Assembly (NCBI GenBank): GCA_013265495.1
Contig: MU062380.1
Location: forward strand, 7,134,542-7,198,541
Length of the DNA: 64,000 nt
Direction: 5' to 3'
From: Vicugna vicugna
Lineage: Eukaryota
The first letter of the stretch is position 1, and each line of letters opens with the position of its first letter. The translations under genes and the position numbers were made by a program. This document shows, piece after piece, positions 38,390-51,994 of this stretch. Under the pieces are notes generated by a model. The model saw only the letters and a program-made list of their open reading frames with translations. It made no database searches and was not told where the DNA came from.

Positions 38390-38750
38390 ATTAAATTTCA
38401 TAAGTATTTATTGAACATCCATCATATGGAAAATATTCAGTTAAGTCTTTCAAGGGCTGCATGTGAGCCAGAATTTGAGAGTTTGCAGTTAAATAGCCAG
38501 TTATAAGGAAGCTGCTGAGAGTATTCAAAAATGGAGCCCATATCTAGTTAGAGGAGTGTAAAAAAGGGGAAAAGAAAATCGGGATAGTCTTTATAGAGAA
38601 AATGATACTTAAGATCAGCATTGAATAAAGATATATTCTTTTGGTAGGCAGATATGGGGAAAGAAGGGAATTCAGATGGAGAACTCTTCAGGTGACACAA
38701 ATAGTCTAATGAAATGCACAGTGGGAGGAGACATGGTTGGGCCCAGTAGA
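38390..38750 (-). mobile_element. L2 fragment
   Basis: taagtatttattgaacatc...cttaagatcagcattgaataaaga. Confidence 0.5.
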
Positions 38751-38769
38751 CTGGAGAGAGGCACTATAA

Positions 38770-38992
38770 TAGAGTGAGTTCAAAAGGTCTGGCTATGGAG
38801 TTAGATAGTCTTGGGTTCAAATTCTGATTTTGTCACTTACAAGATATGTGTCCTTGAACAGTATCTTAACTCTGGGTTTCAATTTCCTTATTTGTAAGAG
38901 TTGGATAATGATAATAACACAAAGAGCTATTACAATTACTAAGAAAGTTTATAAAGTATTTGCCACATAAGCACTTCATAAGTAGTAGCTAA
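38770..38992 (+). mobile_element. MIR
   Basis: ggagttagatagtcttgggttcaaattctgattttgtcacttac...tttccttatttgtaag. Confidence 0.7.
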
Positions 38993-40219
38993 GACTATTT
39001 CAGTATTGGCAGAATGAGGTACACTGGGGTCTCAGAGCCTTTGAACTCACCCTTTTTTGTTTCCATTAGGAACAATTAAACTATAATAGGGTGGAGTTCC
39101 TGGATCTGAAACTTAGTTGATCAAGTCCTCTTTAAAGTTTCAAATGGACAATCACCCAGGGGTTCAGTGTGAAACATGAGGCTGAATTTCAAATAGGCAA
39201 AACTCGCTTTATTGATAACAATGCATCTATCCAAGAGATTGTCTTTAATAGCCTATGGTCAATATGTTCTTACTTTCAATGAGAGCTAATACCTCATCTT
39301 CAGTCCTTCATCTCCTCAGCAGCATCAACAAGGGCATTCCTACTGAGAAGAAGTTAGTGCAAACTCTAAATGCCTCAGCCAGCAGCAGTTCCCTTCCCCA
39401 GAGGGCTCTTGGGAAGAGTTAACAGTCAGAAATGTAGCATTACCACCAGCTGTCATCCTCATTAAGTACTGTGGGAAAACGATATTAATGATTGTGTTTA
39501 ATACAACACTAGAAATCTGTGGATTTGGCTATATATCATTTTCTTCTTAAAGAATCTCTAGATTTTGAGCCACCAGAAGGATAGCTTCTGGGAACTTGCT
39601 CCTAAATAAGTCTGTTAGAAGGAGATGCATTCTCCCTTAGGGAAAGAGACAAGCAGTTAGAAGGCAGTTGGGAATTTCCCCAAAGGCTTGTATCAGGGCT
39701 GGTTCAGACATTCTTGGCAAAGTAGGATCTTCTCAGAGCTACCCACAACCCCCAGATCCTGCCAAAGGCTCTCCAGAGGCGGCAATGAGGGCAGATGAAG
39801 AACAGAAAGCTCTAAATCTCCATATGTACAGTTCAGCTCAGGTATCATGTTAGACCTGAGAAGGTAAAATAGCATCTTTCGGGCAAGTGAGAAGGACTTA
39901 ATCAAGATGAGCAGCTGTCTCTTCTCAAGGAAAATCTCCTCAGGGGGCTTAAGGAAGTAAAATCCTAGGAATTGAGTGGACAGCCTACCTGTCAGGTGCT
40001 CAGGGTTTGATTGATTTTAGGGGATAACAACCTAACAACAGAAGCAGAGTAGTAAGAAACCAGCATCCGACTTGTTCTTTCACTAAGGGTGGTCAGCTCA
40101 ATTAGGGGTTCATTTCAACTTCCCAGGGAAAGAGGGAAGCATATGTACAACTGGTCTAGAGGAGGAGCCAATCCAGTTGAAGAGTTCTGAAGAAAAGTCA
40201 GAGCCAAATCAAAGAAGAG

Positions 40220-40600
40220 TAGTCAGTTAATCTAATTCTTAGCCCTGTGAACCTCCCCAACCCCCAATACTCTCTGACATGCACCCAGGCTTCTGCCCTC
40301 CTGACTCCCTGCTGCACCACAGGTGAAACCTTCTTCCAGTTGTTTTTTTCATAACTTACTCCATTACTGAAATGCTTTTCTCCCCAATATAGATACTCGC
40401 TTTCAAATCTCATTTCAAATGAATTGATCTCTTGAACCATACAACTGGAAATGATTTTTTTCTTCATTTGAGCTCTTCTTAACTGGCATTGGATGAACAG
40501 GTTCATCCATGCAATTCACTGAGTACTTTTTTATTGCATTGTATTATGCTTGTTTGAATCTATGCTCATCTCCTTTCTGTAGACTATAAAATCAATCTGT
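40220..40600 (+). mobile_element. L2 fragment
   Basis: Pyrimidine-rich L2-like sequence ending ctcctttctgtagactataaaatc. Confidence 0.45.
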
Positions 40601-40704
40601 GAAAGCAAATGTTGACAGCCATATACAAGGAGACTGTTAAAGCCATGGCTGCTAGTTCAGTTCTATTTTCCCCTTTAATATAAACCTAAAAGTTCAAGCT
40701 AGGT

Positions 40705-40885
40705 CTTTTTCCCAAGTTTCCAAAATGGGGTCTGCAGATGATTTGCATGAAAATTTACTGGAGAGCTTTAAAAATACTCATTCCTAGGCCTTACCATAGA
40801 CCTACTGAATCAGAATCTTGGAGGACAGAAGGACTGCAAATATGCATTTTAACAGGCATATCGAGAGTTTCTAGTACATATGAAA
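40705..40885. mobile_element. hAT-Charlie MER5-type MITE
   Basis: taaaaatactcattcctaggccttaccatagacctactgaatcagaatct...tatgcattttaaca. Confidence 0.6.
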
Positions 40886-42606
40886 ATGATATGATAGAAT
40901 CATCATGTTGATGATTATAAGATGAAGCAAAAACAAGATATGAGTGAAACTAGAAATATTGCAGTTCAAATTTTGTATATAAGACAGTAGAACACTTTTC
41001 TGAATGTTGCATTCTTATTAAAGTGCATATTCTCCACCACATGACTACTTCTGTAACAGTGTGAGATAATTATCAGCTTTTAGAGGAGAAACTGACTCAA
41101 TCATCATAGTCTAGCTTTGTCTGAGTTTTTACCCTTTTGCTCCTTTGAATACTGATAGAATTATGACCCTTGGTGTTGGGAAATACTTGTACTTTTTTTT
41201 AAAGAGCTAGGTTTTCATATAAAGGAGAAAGTAATAAAGACAAACACTTGAAGCTGGACAGCACTTACGATGGAGCTCAAGAGACACTAAATTTGTTTGC
41301 AAAGCTATTTGCATCTTTGATATCTTTCCTTAACCTATCCTTCCATTTCTATCTTTGTACCACATGACCCTACTATTTTTTCTTTCATCAACTTGCCAGA
41401 TTACTGGTTCTCACTTGCAATATATTCTTTTTAGTAGAGTTTATTAAATAAATATCAAGTTGTTACACAACTACTAGGGAAAATGTAGTGGAAAAGAGAA
41501 GAAAATAATTTTTTAAAAGAAATAAAACAGTATCCTTCAGGAAGCAATCTGATGTAGAAAGGAGCATGTCGCTAAACCCTGAAAAGAGGTTAATGCCTAC
41601 TTGTTTTGTTCTATTTTAGGTCACATATTTTACATATTTCTTCCTCACTTTTTATTTTATGTCCTTTGAAAATAGAGAAACTAAGACGGGGCTTTCATTG
41701 AAATCTATATCTCAATATTAAATTTATTTTATTATTTGTGTGTGGAACATCTGTATTCACATACAACAAACATCTTGTGACAGATATCAAGTCATTTTGT
41801 GACCTCCATAGCTGCTTTTAAGGTCAAAGAATGTTCCCTTTGTTATTTTGTTCCTGTATATACCAAAAATCATTGACCCAAAATCTGAAAGTCAATGAAA
41901 CAGATAGAATAAGAACTGTCATGTTATATGTTCTTATAATAAATTAATATTTAAGGAATACCTACTGTTCTGGTGCTAGATATTTTAAAAAAAAAAGCAA
42001 CTTTCTGAAACAGATGAATTTAATATCTCGGAATGAATATATTCACAGAAACAAAAAAACTGTATTTCAGTCTGAATGGATGTTAGTCCAAGTATTTGTT
42101 TTGGCAGTCTTACATGATTGCAAGTGTTCACATACTGAAAAATCACTATTAATCCTTCTATACTGACATGTCTACATTCAGTAAGATATATCTAGACAAT
42201 TAAATTTTTGTGTTATGCATCTTTTCTTATTCCTACATTTTATGTAAGTTTTTTAAAAGAAAAACTTTTTATAGTTGAACTAACATTATTCAGGACTAAT
42301 TCTACCAAATATGGCATGAATTGACATTTTGCTTAGCTAAAGTGGCACCTCCATGTTATAAGAACATAAATACCACTTGTAGTTTATATGTAGTTTGTAT
42401 GCCACCTCTGATATAACAGTATTCTTGACTTTTTGTTAAATATGTTGGCAGATACTCATTACCGAAGGAACCTGATATAATAGGAAATCTAAATGGTTAG
42501 TCATTGGAAAAGTTAATTCAAACATGGAAATCATTAAAAAAAACCCATAAATATTTTAGTATTTCAATATATACAAATAAGGTATACATTCATACCCTTA
42601 TCTCTT

Positions 42607-42736
42607 TTTAAAATTTTATTTATGTATTTTTATTGCAGTATAGTCAGTTTACAATGTTGTACCAATTTCTGGTGTACAGCATCATGTTTCAGTCATACAT
42701 ATACAAACATATATTCGTTTTCATTATAGGTTACCC
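42607..42736 (-). mobile_element. 5'-truncated lineage-specific L1 tail with a perfect 14-bp TSD
   Basis: ttttattgcagtatagtcagtttacaatgttgtaccaatttctggtgtacagc. TSD tacccttatctctt at 42593-42606 and 42737-42750. Confidence 0.9.
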
Positions 42737-43869
42737 TACCCTTATCTCTTGATTTGGGATCATAGTATTTTGTGAGTGTAGGTCTGCTCATTAGAGTTCA
42801 ATGTCATTTTTCTCTCATAAACCACAACTATAATAAATTCTCCTCAATTTCCTGTTTTATATTCTTTTAAGTGCAGTGAAAACCTAAAGACCTTTGTAAA
42901 ATAACCTGAGTGTAGCATTTTTACAGTTGCCTTTATTCTTTTACAATTGTCTTGCCCACATCCAATGCAATAGTACTTTTTGTACAACTTTCCGTTAGTG
43001 AATATTTCCAGTGTCTTGAGTATAGTCTAAATAAATACCTTTTATTTCACACATGTATTTTAGCAGTCTATGTAATATTAAATTACTTAATTACAATTGC
43101 TATACAACTGTGAGAAATAGGTTTGATAATAAACACAAACATGTCATAATAAGCATACAACTTAAAGGTGGAAGAAGTAGGTAATCATACAGTATTAGCC
43201 AATACCATTCCACATGCTGTGGGCATCCCTTTTCACAGAGTAGAATGTTAAGTAAGGCAGATGTTGTAAAGTGAAGGCTGATTAAAAGATCCACCAGTGT
43301 ATTTTAAAATTTGTATATAATGCAGGACATTCCTTTTTGATGCCACCACATTTTATTTTTTTTAAATTACAATTCACATGAAAGTCTATTGCACTAAACT
43401 GTATTGTCTACTAATTGTGCCTGAAATTCTAGAAGTTGATTCCAGGCACTGCCGTTAATAGTTTGGAAGAAAAAGTGGTAGGTTCTCCTCAAAGGAAAAT
43501 TTGACATAAAAAAGATTAAAAATAAATTAATAGGGCACATGTTTTCAGGTTCCATTGTGATTTGTGATCTAAAACATCTTAACAATGAATGTTATCTTCA
43601 TGCCATCTTTTGTATAATTCATGAGTATTTTGTATATAATTTGGTATATTTGGTATAATTTCATGAGTATATAAAAGAGATACAATGTGGAGAAACAAAA
43701 TTTATTAAAATTTCTGATTATAGTTTATATACTTAATTAAATGAAGACAACTATTAACTGCAGTTTTATCTAAGACCAAAATTATTCAGATCTAGTTTGC
43801 ACATTTTCTCAAACTTCCTGCCTGGGGTTGGGAGTTCCCTAATTTGGCTAACTTCAGCGTGGCCACTCT

Positions 43870-43965
43870 ACTATATGATCTGTTATATGTATTTCCCACA
43901 TCTAGAACTGTGCCCAGAATATTGTAGGACCTCAATATTTTATAAATAAATGAGTTGAATAAATT
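43870..43965 (+). mobile_element. L2 3' end
   Basis: cccacatctagaactgtgcccagaatattgtaggacctcaata. Confidence 0.55.
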
Positions 43966-44078
43966 ACCTTTGGACATGACTTTTTCCCTGGCTTAAAAAA
44001 TCCACCCCCCGACTCTGGTTCCCAAAGGCTAGTGTTCTAGATTGCTGTTTTCCCTTATCGCCTAGAAGTCTCACTTAC

Positions 44079-44121
44079 CTTCCTTAACTCTGGAGAATAC
44101 TGATAGGTCTTTGTCAACTCC
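44079..44121 (-). other. Candidate 43-nt exon with consensus splice sites
   Basis: Acceptor ggtaatttttgctctggcttttcag|G and donor AAG|GTAAGT. Confidence 0.35.
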
Positions 44122-44439
44122 CTGAAAAGCCAGAGCAAAAATTACCTTTTATCATCACATCCAATTTTTTATCAAGACTAAAGTCAAAAGGAGGCTGTCA
44201 AGCATATCCTCTGTTGGTTTTCTGACCACTGCCCTCAATCAAGAAAATATTTTGGCAATAATATTGCTGTGGTAATAATGTTATCACTCTCTCAAACAAA
44301 CTAAACATTTAAAACACATTTGAATGGAGAGGACAGAACCAGTTTAATGATTTTCTCTTTATATATATAAAGGACATCATTTAATGACCCATGTAAATTT
44401 AAGAAGAATTGACCATCCAATGTGCTAGATATTTTGTGA

Positions 44440-44535
44440 TAGATGTTACTGAAATAGGAACACAGGTAAGATCAAGTAATTTGCCCAGAGTTCCACAACT
44501 ATCTTATGGCCGATGCAGGGTTCTCTTTCCATGAC
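44440..44535 (-). mobile_element. MIR fragment
   Basis: gatcaagtaatttgcccagagttccacaact. Confidence 0.5.
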
Positions 44536-45481
44536 ACCTCACTCTCTCTCTGTATTTTCAGAATTGATTAATAAATAGTAAAGAGGGGAAGCATCCAATT
44601 AATAAAAGCATGAAGCACTGTTTTGATATCTGAAGTGCCAGTAGCAGCAATTCAAATCTGTGACCATGTTCGTCTTGACCTACCATTTAAATCTGACATA
44701 TAGAATCTTTGGTAGAACCCACTTTCCTGACCTGAGTAAAGGTCCACGTGAAATGTAATCTCTTAGCAATCTCAGCTACCGAGTAATATTGCTCTCTAAA
44801 GCAAACCTGAGGTATTTAAAGCAGCAAAACACTGAAAGATACCAGGTGGATGCTAAGAAAGTATGATTCTTTCAGACTTCCAGTTCAATTTCCTTGTTTA
44901 ACGGGGTTTGGATGTGACTTATAGAGAAGGTTAAAGACCTTGCCTGGTGGGTGTTCAATAAATGTTAATTGAACTGTACTGAATTAAGACCCAAGTTCAA
45001 ATCCAATTTAATACCAGAATAGTGAAGGTTTGGTCAGATCACAAAGTCACAGCTGATGGGATTGCCTGGGACAGATGTTACAGCGTGCAAGGTGAGAAGA
45101 ATGGAGACTGGCAGGACACCCCAAATCACATTTCGGGTTCTGAATGGGTGCTATTTACAGCTGAGAAGTGTCATGACATCTTGCTAGCTTTTACAGATAG
45201 TAAAACATTTTGCTGTTTCTTGAAATTGTCATGATGTGAAAAATCCTTGTCTCTTCCTTTCCTACTTTCCCCAAAGACATCCCCCATTCTGCCACTCTGA
45301 GATGGGAGTCTTTTCTCATGTAAAATACAGCAGGAGCAGAGAGAGAGCGATGTCTCAAAATCAGAAAGAAATGAAGTGCAGCTACCCAACCAACTCCTAA
45401 TAACACAGGCCTTTTGAAATCCTGTCCCAGGGCAGTGGAGAGGGGATGAAGATATAACTTGGTAGAAAATAGCAGAGCAGC

Positions 45482-45823
45482 TGTCTTAGTCCATTTGGGT
45501 CACTATAGCAAAACACTATAATATGAGTGGCTTATTTATTTCTCACAGTTTTGGAGGCTGCAAAGTCCAAAATCAAGGCTCTGGCAGATTCAGTGTCTGA
45601 TGAGAACCAGCTTCCTAGATAGTTATCTTTTCACTGCAACCTCACATGGCAGAAAGGATAATGGAGTTCTCTAGTATCTGTTTTATAAGGGCACTAATTA
45701 TGTAAACAAGGGCTGATTCATGACCTGATCACCTCCAAGGACCCCACCTCCAAATTTCATCACCTTGAGGGTTAAGATTTCAGCATATAATTTGAGGGGA
45801 GGGATGACATTCAGACCGTAGCA
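45482..45823 (-). mobile_element. ERVL-MaLR solo LTR (MLT1A type)
   Basis: Starts tgtcttagtccatttggg; contains ggaggctgcaaagtccaaaatcaagg; ends acattcagaccgtagca. Confidence 0.9.
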
Positions 45824-47149
45824 CCACCTATGGCTAAAAGATTTCCATTCTGCTGGGACCAGCAGCATGTGAAGTATAACACACCCTGTCCACCGCCTCC
45901 CAAGAACCATGAAGGCAAGATTACAGTTTGCCATTGTCTGTGGTTCTTTCCACTTGACTTTCTCAGGGGGCTCTTTATCCCACATCATTTTCACAGAAAA
46001 CAGAGGAGTCATCTCTCTGGGCCTCTCATATTTGAAGCTCATCCATCATCCTCAGAATCAAGACTTTCTTCATCTGAAACTGAGCATGGTAACAAAATTG
46101 CCTGTTAAATGAGATTTACTTCCTCTGTTCCCTTCCTCCCTCTTCTCTCCTTTCCCATTTCCCAAATAGGATACAGCCAAAGAGTCTGTCAGCTGTCTGG
46201 AAAAATTATTATGGATTGGAAGACTACCATAGGGATTCTGATTCATTAAATCAACAGAAAACCCTTGTCTGAAAGTGTAGTATGACCACATAAAGACTTA
46301 TGCTTCCATCTTTTGTTTATCAAATTATCCTCTTATATTATTTTCTTTTTCAAGATTACATTTAACTTTCCAGAAACTATTATTCTCTTTTTTTCGCATT
46401 GATGAATTTTTTTTTCCCATTGGTGAATTTCTCCCCATTGGTAAATTGGTATATTTGGTCTCATCCACACCTTGTCCTTATTTCTAAATACATAATTCAG
46501 TGCTCAGTTTTTGAAATTTTTTCTCTTAAAGCCTGACCAATTTTCTAATCCTACCCATCATATGTACATAACACTTTCAATACCATTCCCCAAATATGGC
46601 TAGAACAAGGAAGGGAAAACATAACATGTTCTAGCTGGTATGTACCTTAGAGATTGAGTCTGGAATTTTTATTTTTAGAAAATGGTGTAGGGGCTCATAT
46701 AAGCCAATTGATTTGTCCCAGGCTGCAGAGCTGGTCAGTGACATACCCGGGACTATCACCTACAAAATTCCTCTACGTATAGAAGCAGAGTCAGACTTAA
46801 GTAGTCTGTGCAGAAAAGAAAACAGTTTGACTTAATGTCAGAACACATACTCTATCCGTTCAAACCATTAGTTCATCAAGTACTGCTAGTTTACATAATG
46901 CCCTGTCCAACTTCTCAGGGTCCAAAGGTTCAAATAAAATATAGTACACTTATATTTTACATAGGACTTTTATTTGGTTCAATAATACATTTAGAACACA
47001 ATGTAAACTACACATTTAAGGAAACCATTTGGGAGAACTATTTTAGGGTGAATAAATGTAAACTTTTGATTTCCAAGGCCATATCCAAAAGACATTGGTA
47101 GAATTATGTATTCCATTGTAAAACTTCCCTGGAACACTGCTAGTACCTC

Positions 47150-48370
47150 AAGCTACTGCTCCATCTTTCTTTTTTCCTTAGTGTCAACATTGTGAAAAGG
47201 ATGGATTACATTTACTATCCCTGCTTCCTTGGCCCATATTAGTTGTACTTGCTGACTGCTGTCCCAAACACTCTACTGTTTTCTCCCTAGAAAGTTACCA
47301 ACACCAACAGCACTGCAGCTTTTGACACTGTTGACTCCTCTCCGTGTCCTGTAACACTTCACCAAGGTTCTGCTAACTCTTTAGCTGGCTGTTCATCCCC
47401 TTGTCACCTGAATATAGATACTCCTTATTTTTCTGCCAGTGATCTTCTCTCCCTGCATGTTCTTGCAGAGCTGCTCTATGGCTATATAGTCCAGAGTTTA
47501 AAAGCAGACTGTTCTGAACTCTAGACCTGAATTTCTCTGCCGACTGATTATTTTACCTGGGTGTCTATCAGATACCTCAGTTTCAACATGGCCAGTAGAT
47601 CTTTTTGCATGACAACTAGGTTCTCTTAATATTAATAATTCTTTCTCTACTCTTCTAGCATTATCCTGATTCTTCTTTCTCCTTTGTTCCTAAATTTAGT
47701 CATCCACAAAGCCTGTTAATCTTCTCTCTGTAACAGCTTTCAAGCCATCCCATCCTTTTCATTGTCACTATCATTACCACTTGCTTGAGCAAGAGCTGTA
47801 GAGTTGCAACTGATCTTTCCCACTTCCAGTCTCTCCATCTCCAAACCATTCAAAGTTAGCACTGCAGAGTCAAATTTTCTAATGCTCTGATGCTCTCCTC
47901 TTGTCACTACACCATGAACAACCTTCAGTGGTTTCCCACTGCTGTCCTAGTAGAGTCCATACTCAGTTTGGCATGCATGACAGTGACAGCACCTTCTCAT
48001 CCTTGTCCAGACTTAGATCACTCCCTTTTGTGAGTTCTGTGCTCTGGCCCTCCTCAACTACTAGCTCTCACTTCACTCACTCTGATTCCCCTCCTTTATT
48101 TTCTCCTTCTTCCCCCAAGTCATTATCAGTTAAAGCGATGCTCAAGGACTGGTTCCGTTTCAGCTCTTTCATCTAACAACCGTATCACCTCCTATCTTCA
48201 TTATGTGCTCATTGTTCAGCATGTTGTTTGTGCCAGTGATTTATCTCTTCATTTGAATTGAATTGTATTTCTTCAATTGAATGTGCATTCCCTGGCCATT
48301 TCACTCTTACTTATCCAGTGACTTGTACATTGTTAGGAATCAGAAAATATTTTTGATCGGATGAATATTC
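47150..48370 (+). mobile_element. L2 LINE, long fragment
   Basis: cagcttttgacactgttgactcctc...ctgggtgtctatcagatacctcagtttcaacatg...ttaggaatcagaaaatatttttga. Confidence 0.7.
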
Positions 48371-48579
48371 CCCTAGTAAATGAAGTAATGATATAGACAC
48401 GATTTTTTAAATGACTACCATGTTAGAAAAGACAAAGAACTGATAAACATAGACTATCTAGAGATGATGTACAGAACTGTACCATGTATTTTGATTTTTC
48501 CTCCAGATTGACCACCCTGTGATCTTTCTAATGTATAAGTTGTACTGTGTGTACAAAACAGGATCTGGATAATGGTTCT

Positions 48580-49030
48580 TTAGGCTTAGCTTTAGCTACA
48601 AACCGTTTCTCCTTTCTATCCATGATAGTGATTCTGGAATCCACCCTGCGATCTTATCCCATATCTGAGCCTTTGTACACATTTTCTCACTGCCTGGAAT
48701 GACCTACACTCTTTTCTTCCAAAGAAACTTTTCCTATAAAAACCATATCCTTTCAGGGCCAGCTAAAATTGCAATTCCTCTATAAAAATGTTCCCTGTCA
48801 GTCAGAATTACATAGGCGTTAAGAGTGTGGGCACTGTGGTCAGAAGACTCAGGCCCACAATTTTCACATTCTTCCTTATATTGTCTTTCTATAATTTAAG
48901 TTCATATCTATTTCAACCACTGCATTGTCATATGTTCAAAGCCACAACCTGGTCTCTTTCTTCTCTGCATCCTCCTCGTTGCCCAGCTCAGTGCTTGATT
49001 TTTATTACTTGCTGTGTCTTAGGGTTTGGG
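48580..49030 (+). mobile_element. L2 fragment with a short MIR-like piece near 48810-48860
   Basis: cctttgtacacattttctcactgcctggaatgac...cccagctcagtgcttga. Confidence 0.5.
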
Positions 49031-49039
49031 CTCATAAAT

Positions 49040-49235
49040 TTTGGAGAAGGTTGAAACTGGATTAAAATCTCCACTCTGCTACTTACTAACAGTGTTTTGG
49101 GGCAAATTACTCAACACTTCTGAGCCTCAGTTTTTCCTTTAATAAATCTGGAGTAATAACAGTTTCTACCTGGTGGGAATGAATACAGGAATGTGTGTCA
49201 GATGAGCTAAATGCTCAAAAGAATAGCTATGTATT
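49040..49235 (+). mobile_element. MIR
   Basis: ctctgctacttactaacagtgttttggggcaaattactcaacacttctgagcctcagtttt. Confidence 0.7.
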
Positions 49236-50749
49236 AGATAGTCCATGAATCTTTCTTGAAATCAATTGAAGTATTTGCATAGGAGATCCTTTCTACAATT
49301 TTAAAGGTGGGTCATGACAAGGAGAAAGGAGAGACATTAGGGTGGCGGGGCAGCGGGTGCTCTCAACAGGACCTTCTCTGGTCCAAGAGCTGATTTGTAC
49401 TTGCAGTCTGACCCTGTGCCTCAGAGTATAAGAATCACTTTGATCCAGCCTCCGACATTTGATTTCATTCTTCTCTTTGTGAAACAATCTCATTAGAGAA
49501 ATCGTGCTGCTGTGAAAGCAGGTCACTCAGCTGGGGGCAGGCAAAGAAAGTCTTGCTTGGCTTAGTCATGACCTCCATGAAAAGTGAGGCATTACTGAGG
49601 GGCCCTGGGATTTGCAGCGTGCCATGGCCAAGGTTTTCACTGGAGGCTGCTGGGAGTTTGGGCAGAAGGAAGAGTAATGAAGGGGTTGACTGAACTGCTG
49701 CTGTGGGTGTTAGCAGCAGCTCTCCCCTCCCAGTTAGTAATGAGCTCTCTCCCCATCTGGTGGGAAATCCCGGATGAAAGGAGGAAGCAGGTGCTGCCAA
49801 GGGTAGTACTGGCAGTGATATATTTAGAATAAACACCCAACTTAGTTGCTCATCATCTGCAGTCAACATTGACCTTACCGCATTTTCTACAAGAACAGAA
49901 GTGTTCATTAAAGAACCTGAGACTCACTTTGATTTAAGGTAAAATTTGTTTTGTCTTCCTGTCTTTGTAAAATTTAAGGCAAAGAAAAAAAAAAGCAACA
50001 GAATATGCCCTTAAGATTTTCAGGCTCACATCCTCATCCCTCGTATCTGGACATGGAGGACCAGATGACCTCCCCAAAACAGGAAAAGCCAGGGGAAAAA
50101 AACCCCACAATATCAAAGTGTTTCGGGGGAGAAACTTCCAAAGACAGAGGTAACTGTTAATCTGTCATCTGTCAAAGTGGAAAATGCAAAGGCCTAGGCC
50201 ACCAATGAAATATTCTGCTGTGCTTTGAAGCTGTTCAAACCAAAAGATTCACAAAGGTTCATTGGTCTGTGGGCTTCTCAGTGATACAAAATTAAGAAAT
50301 AAAAATAATAAATGCTAGTCCCACTCAGCTGGAGTGAGTTTTCTTCCTTCGTATATTTTTCCTTGTTGTGGCCTGGTTTTCCCAATTTGATCTCCCTAAG
50401 AATGTACTCAGTGGGAGACATTCCTAAGAAATTCCCTCCTTTCTCTGGTAGCGTGTTAACCACATAATAGCAATATTAATTACTCTTGATTCTCCCAGCA
50501 TCCCTCCTAAAGAAGGTGCTCAGATAAAAAGAATGAAAACAGAGCACCTAACCCTCTGCTCGTCCCATGATAGATTCCTATTAGGTGTTTATTCTTTCTT
50601 TTAGCTATGCAGCCACAAGGTTAAAAGGCTGCATTCTGAGTCTCAAAAACAAGTCTGCAATTTTGACTGAATTAGGTTTTTTTCTTAATTACATATGCAT
50701 CAGACCCAACTATAAAATGGATGAAGCTGGTTTGGAGCCCTACCCCAAG

Positions 50750-51070
50750 CAAGAAGTACATGGAACAGTGAAAAATAAGGAGCCAGAAAATGGTCTCAGG
50801 ACTTTGTGGAGAGGGCAAAGTTGCTGTTTTAAATAGGGTTGTCAAATCAGACTCACTGAGATGGTGAGATCTGAGCAGAGAAGCAGGGGAGGGAGGGAGT
50901 CAAGACCTTTGGAGGAAGGTCTTTCTAGGCAAAGAGTGCAGCCAGAGTGAAGCCCCGAGGTCAGGGCAGGCCTCGCGTGTTTAACGAAGGCCAAGAAGAG
51001 TGAGCAAGGGTGAGGAGTAGGAGAAGAAAGAGAGAAAGACAATGAGTTAAGGGAAGGCGGAGTGCAGGTC
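50750..51070 (-). mobile_element. L2a fragment
   Basis: ttttaaatagggttgtcaaatcagactcactgagatggtgagatctgagcagag...tttctaggcaaagagtgcagc. Confidence 0.7.
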
Positions 51071-51619
51071 CTTTGCTTCAAGAATGGAATAATATATGAC
51101 CGTGGTTAGGTGGGGTGAGACTAGTCCTCTCTTTGGGGAAGAAGGAAAAAGGCTTTCTGGGAGTGGATGGACAGGCAGCAAGCTGCTGTGTGTGGGAAGC
51201 AGGTAGGAGGAGAAGGGCATAGAAAGCAGCCGATTACAAATGCTCACATGGATCCCTCGGTGCACATCTGTTATTTCAGAGTGTGGTGAATATTTCAGCA
51301 AGTCAGCTGCAGTAGCCAGCTTCTCAGCAAGCTGTTTCACTCCAGTGCTCTCTAGTTCCTTCTTAATTCTGCTGCCTTGTTTGCCAGAATCTCTCCTTGT
51401 CTTCTTCTTCACCCTCCCCTATCTAATCTTTGTGGCTGGGAAGAAACTTTTGAGATCAACCTTCCATATGATACATGATTTCCCCCAAAGCATCCTCAAA
51501 AACTGGTCAGCTAGCCTCTGCTTGAACAACTTCCCCTCTGGGAGAGGGTGGGTTGTCTCTCAATCTGTCAGTCAAACCATAGACCAATCAACAAGCCCTC
51601 ATTAATATTTTTATCTACT

Positions 51620-51942
51620 CTTTAATAATTTAAGAGATATTTATTGAGCATTTGTGATTCCCCGGGCTTCTAAGCCATGAATATGCAGCAGTGAATAAAA
51701 CAAAGATGCTGTTCTCGTGGAACCTATATTCTAGTGGCAAAGAGACCAAAAGACAGATAAACAAACAGAATTTCAGGTAAGGGGTAAGTACAAAGAAGAA
51801 AAAGAAAGAAAGGCAAAGGAACGTGATGAGAGAATGTGAGATGGGCCTATTTTAGATCTGAGGGAAGCAAAGGAGCAAAACTTTCAGAAGTCTGGAGAAT
51901 AATGTTCTAAGCAAAGAAGACAGTGAGTGCAAAGGTTCAGAG
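51620..51942 (-). mobile_element. L2a 3' fragment
   Basis: gatatttattgagcatt...cagcagtgaataaaacaaag...tggaacctatattctagtgg. Confidence 0.75.
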
Positions 51943-51994
51943 TCAATAAATGAAATAGCTCTTAGCATGTGCTAGGCCTTCTATATCACAGTAG

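Noticed and set aside
43610-43675. Short tandem duplications (also at about 8140-8165, 35710-35740 and 46415-46450)
   Set aside because: Two-copy slippage duplications in AT-rich DNA. They have no spacer structure and are not CRISPR-like.
37233-49771. NF-kB consensus matches at 37233, 39670, 43830 and 49762
   Set aside because: A rough estimate gives about three GGGRNWYYCC matches by chance in 64 kb on both strands. They are scattered and one lies in an L1.
49465-49908. Longest N-free ORF (147 aa, minus strand)
   Set aside because: Ser/Leu/Pro-rich with no recognisable domain or flanking exon structure. An ORF of this length is plausible by chance in 64 kb across six frames. PhyloCSF or BLASTP would settle it.
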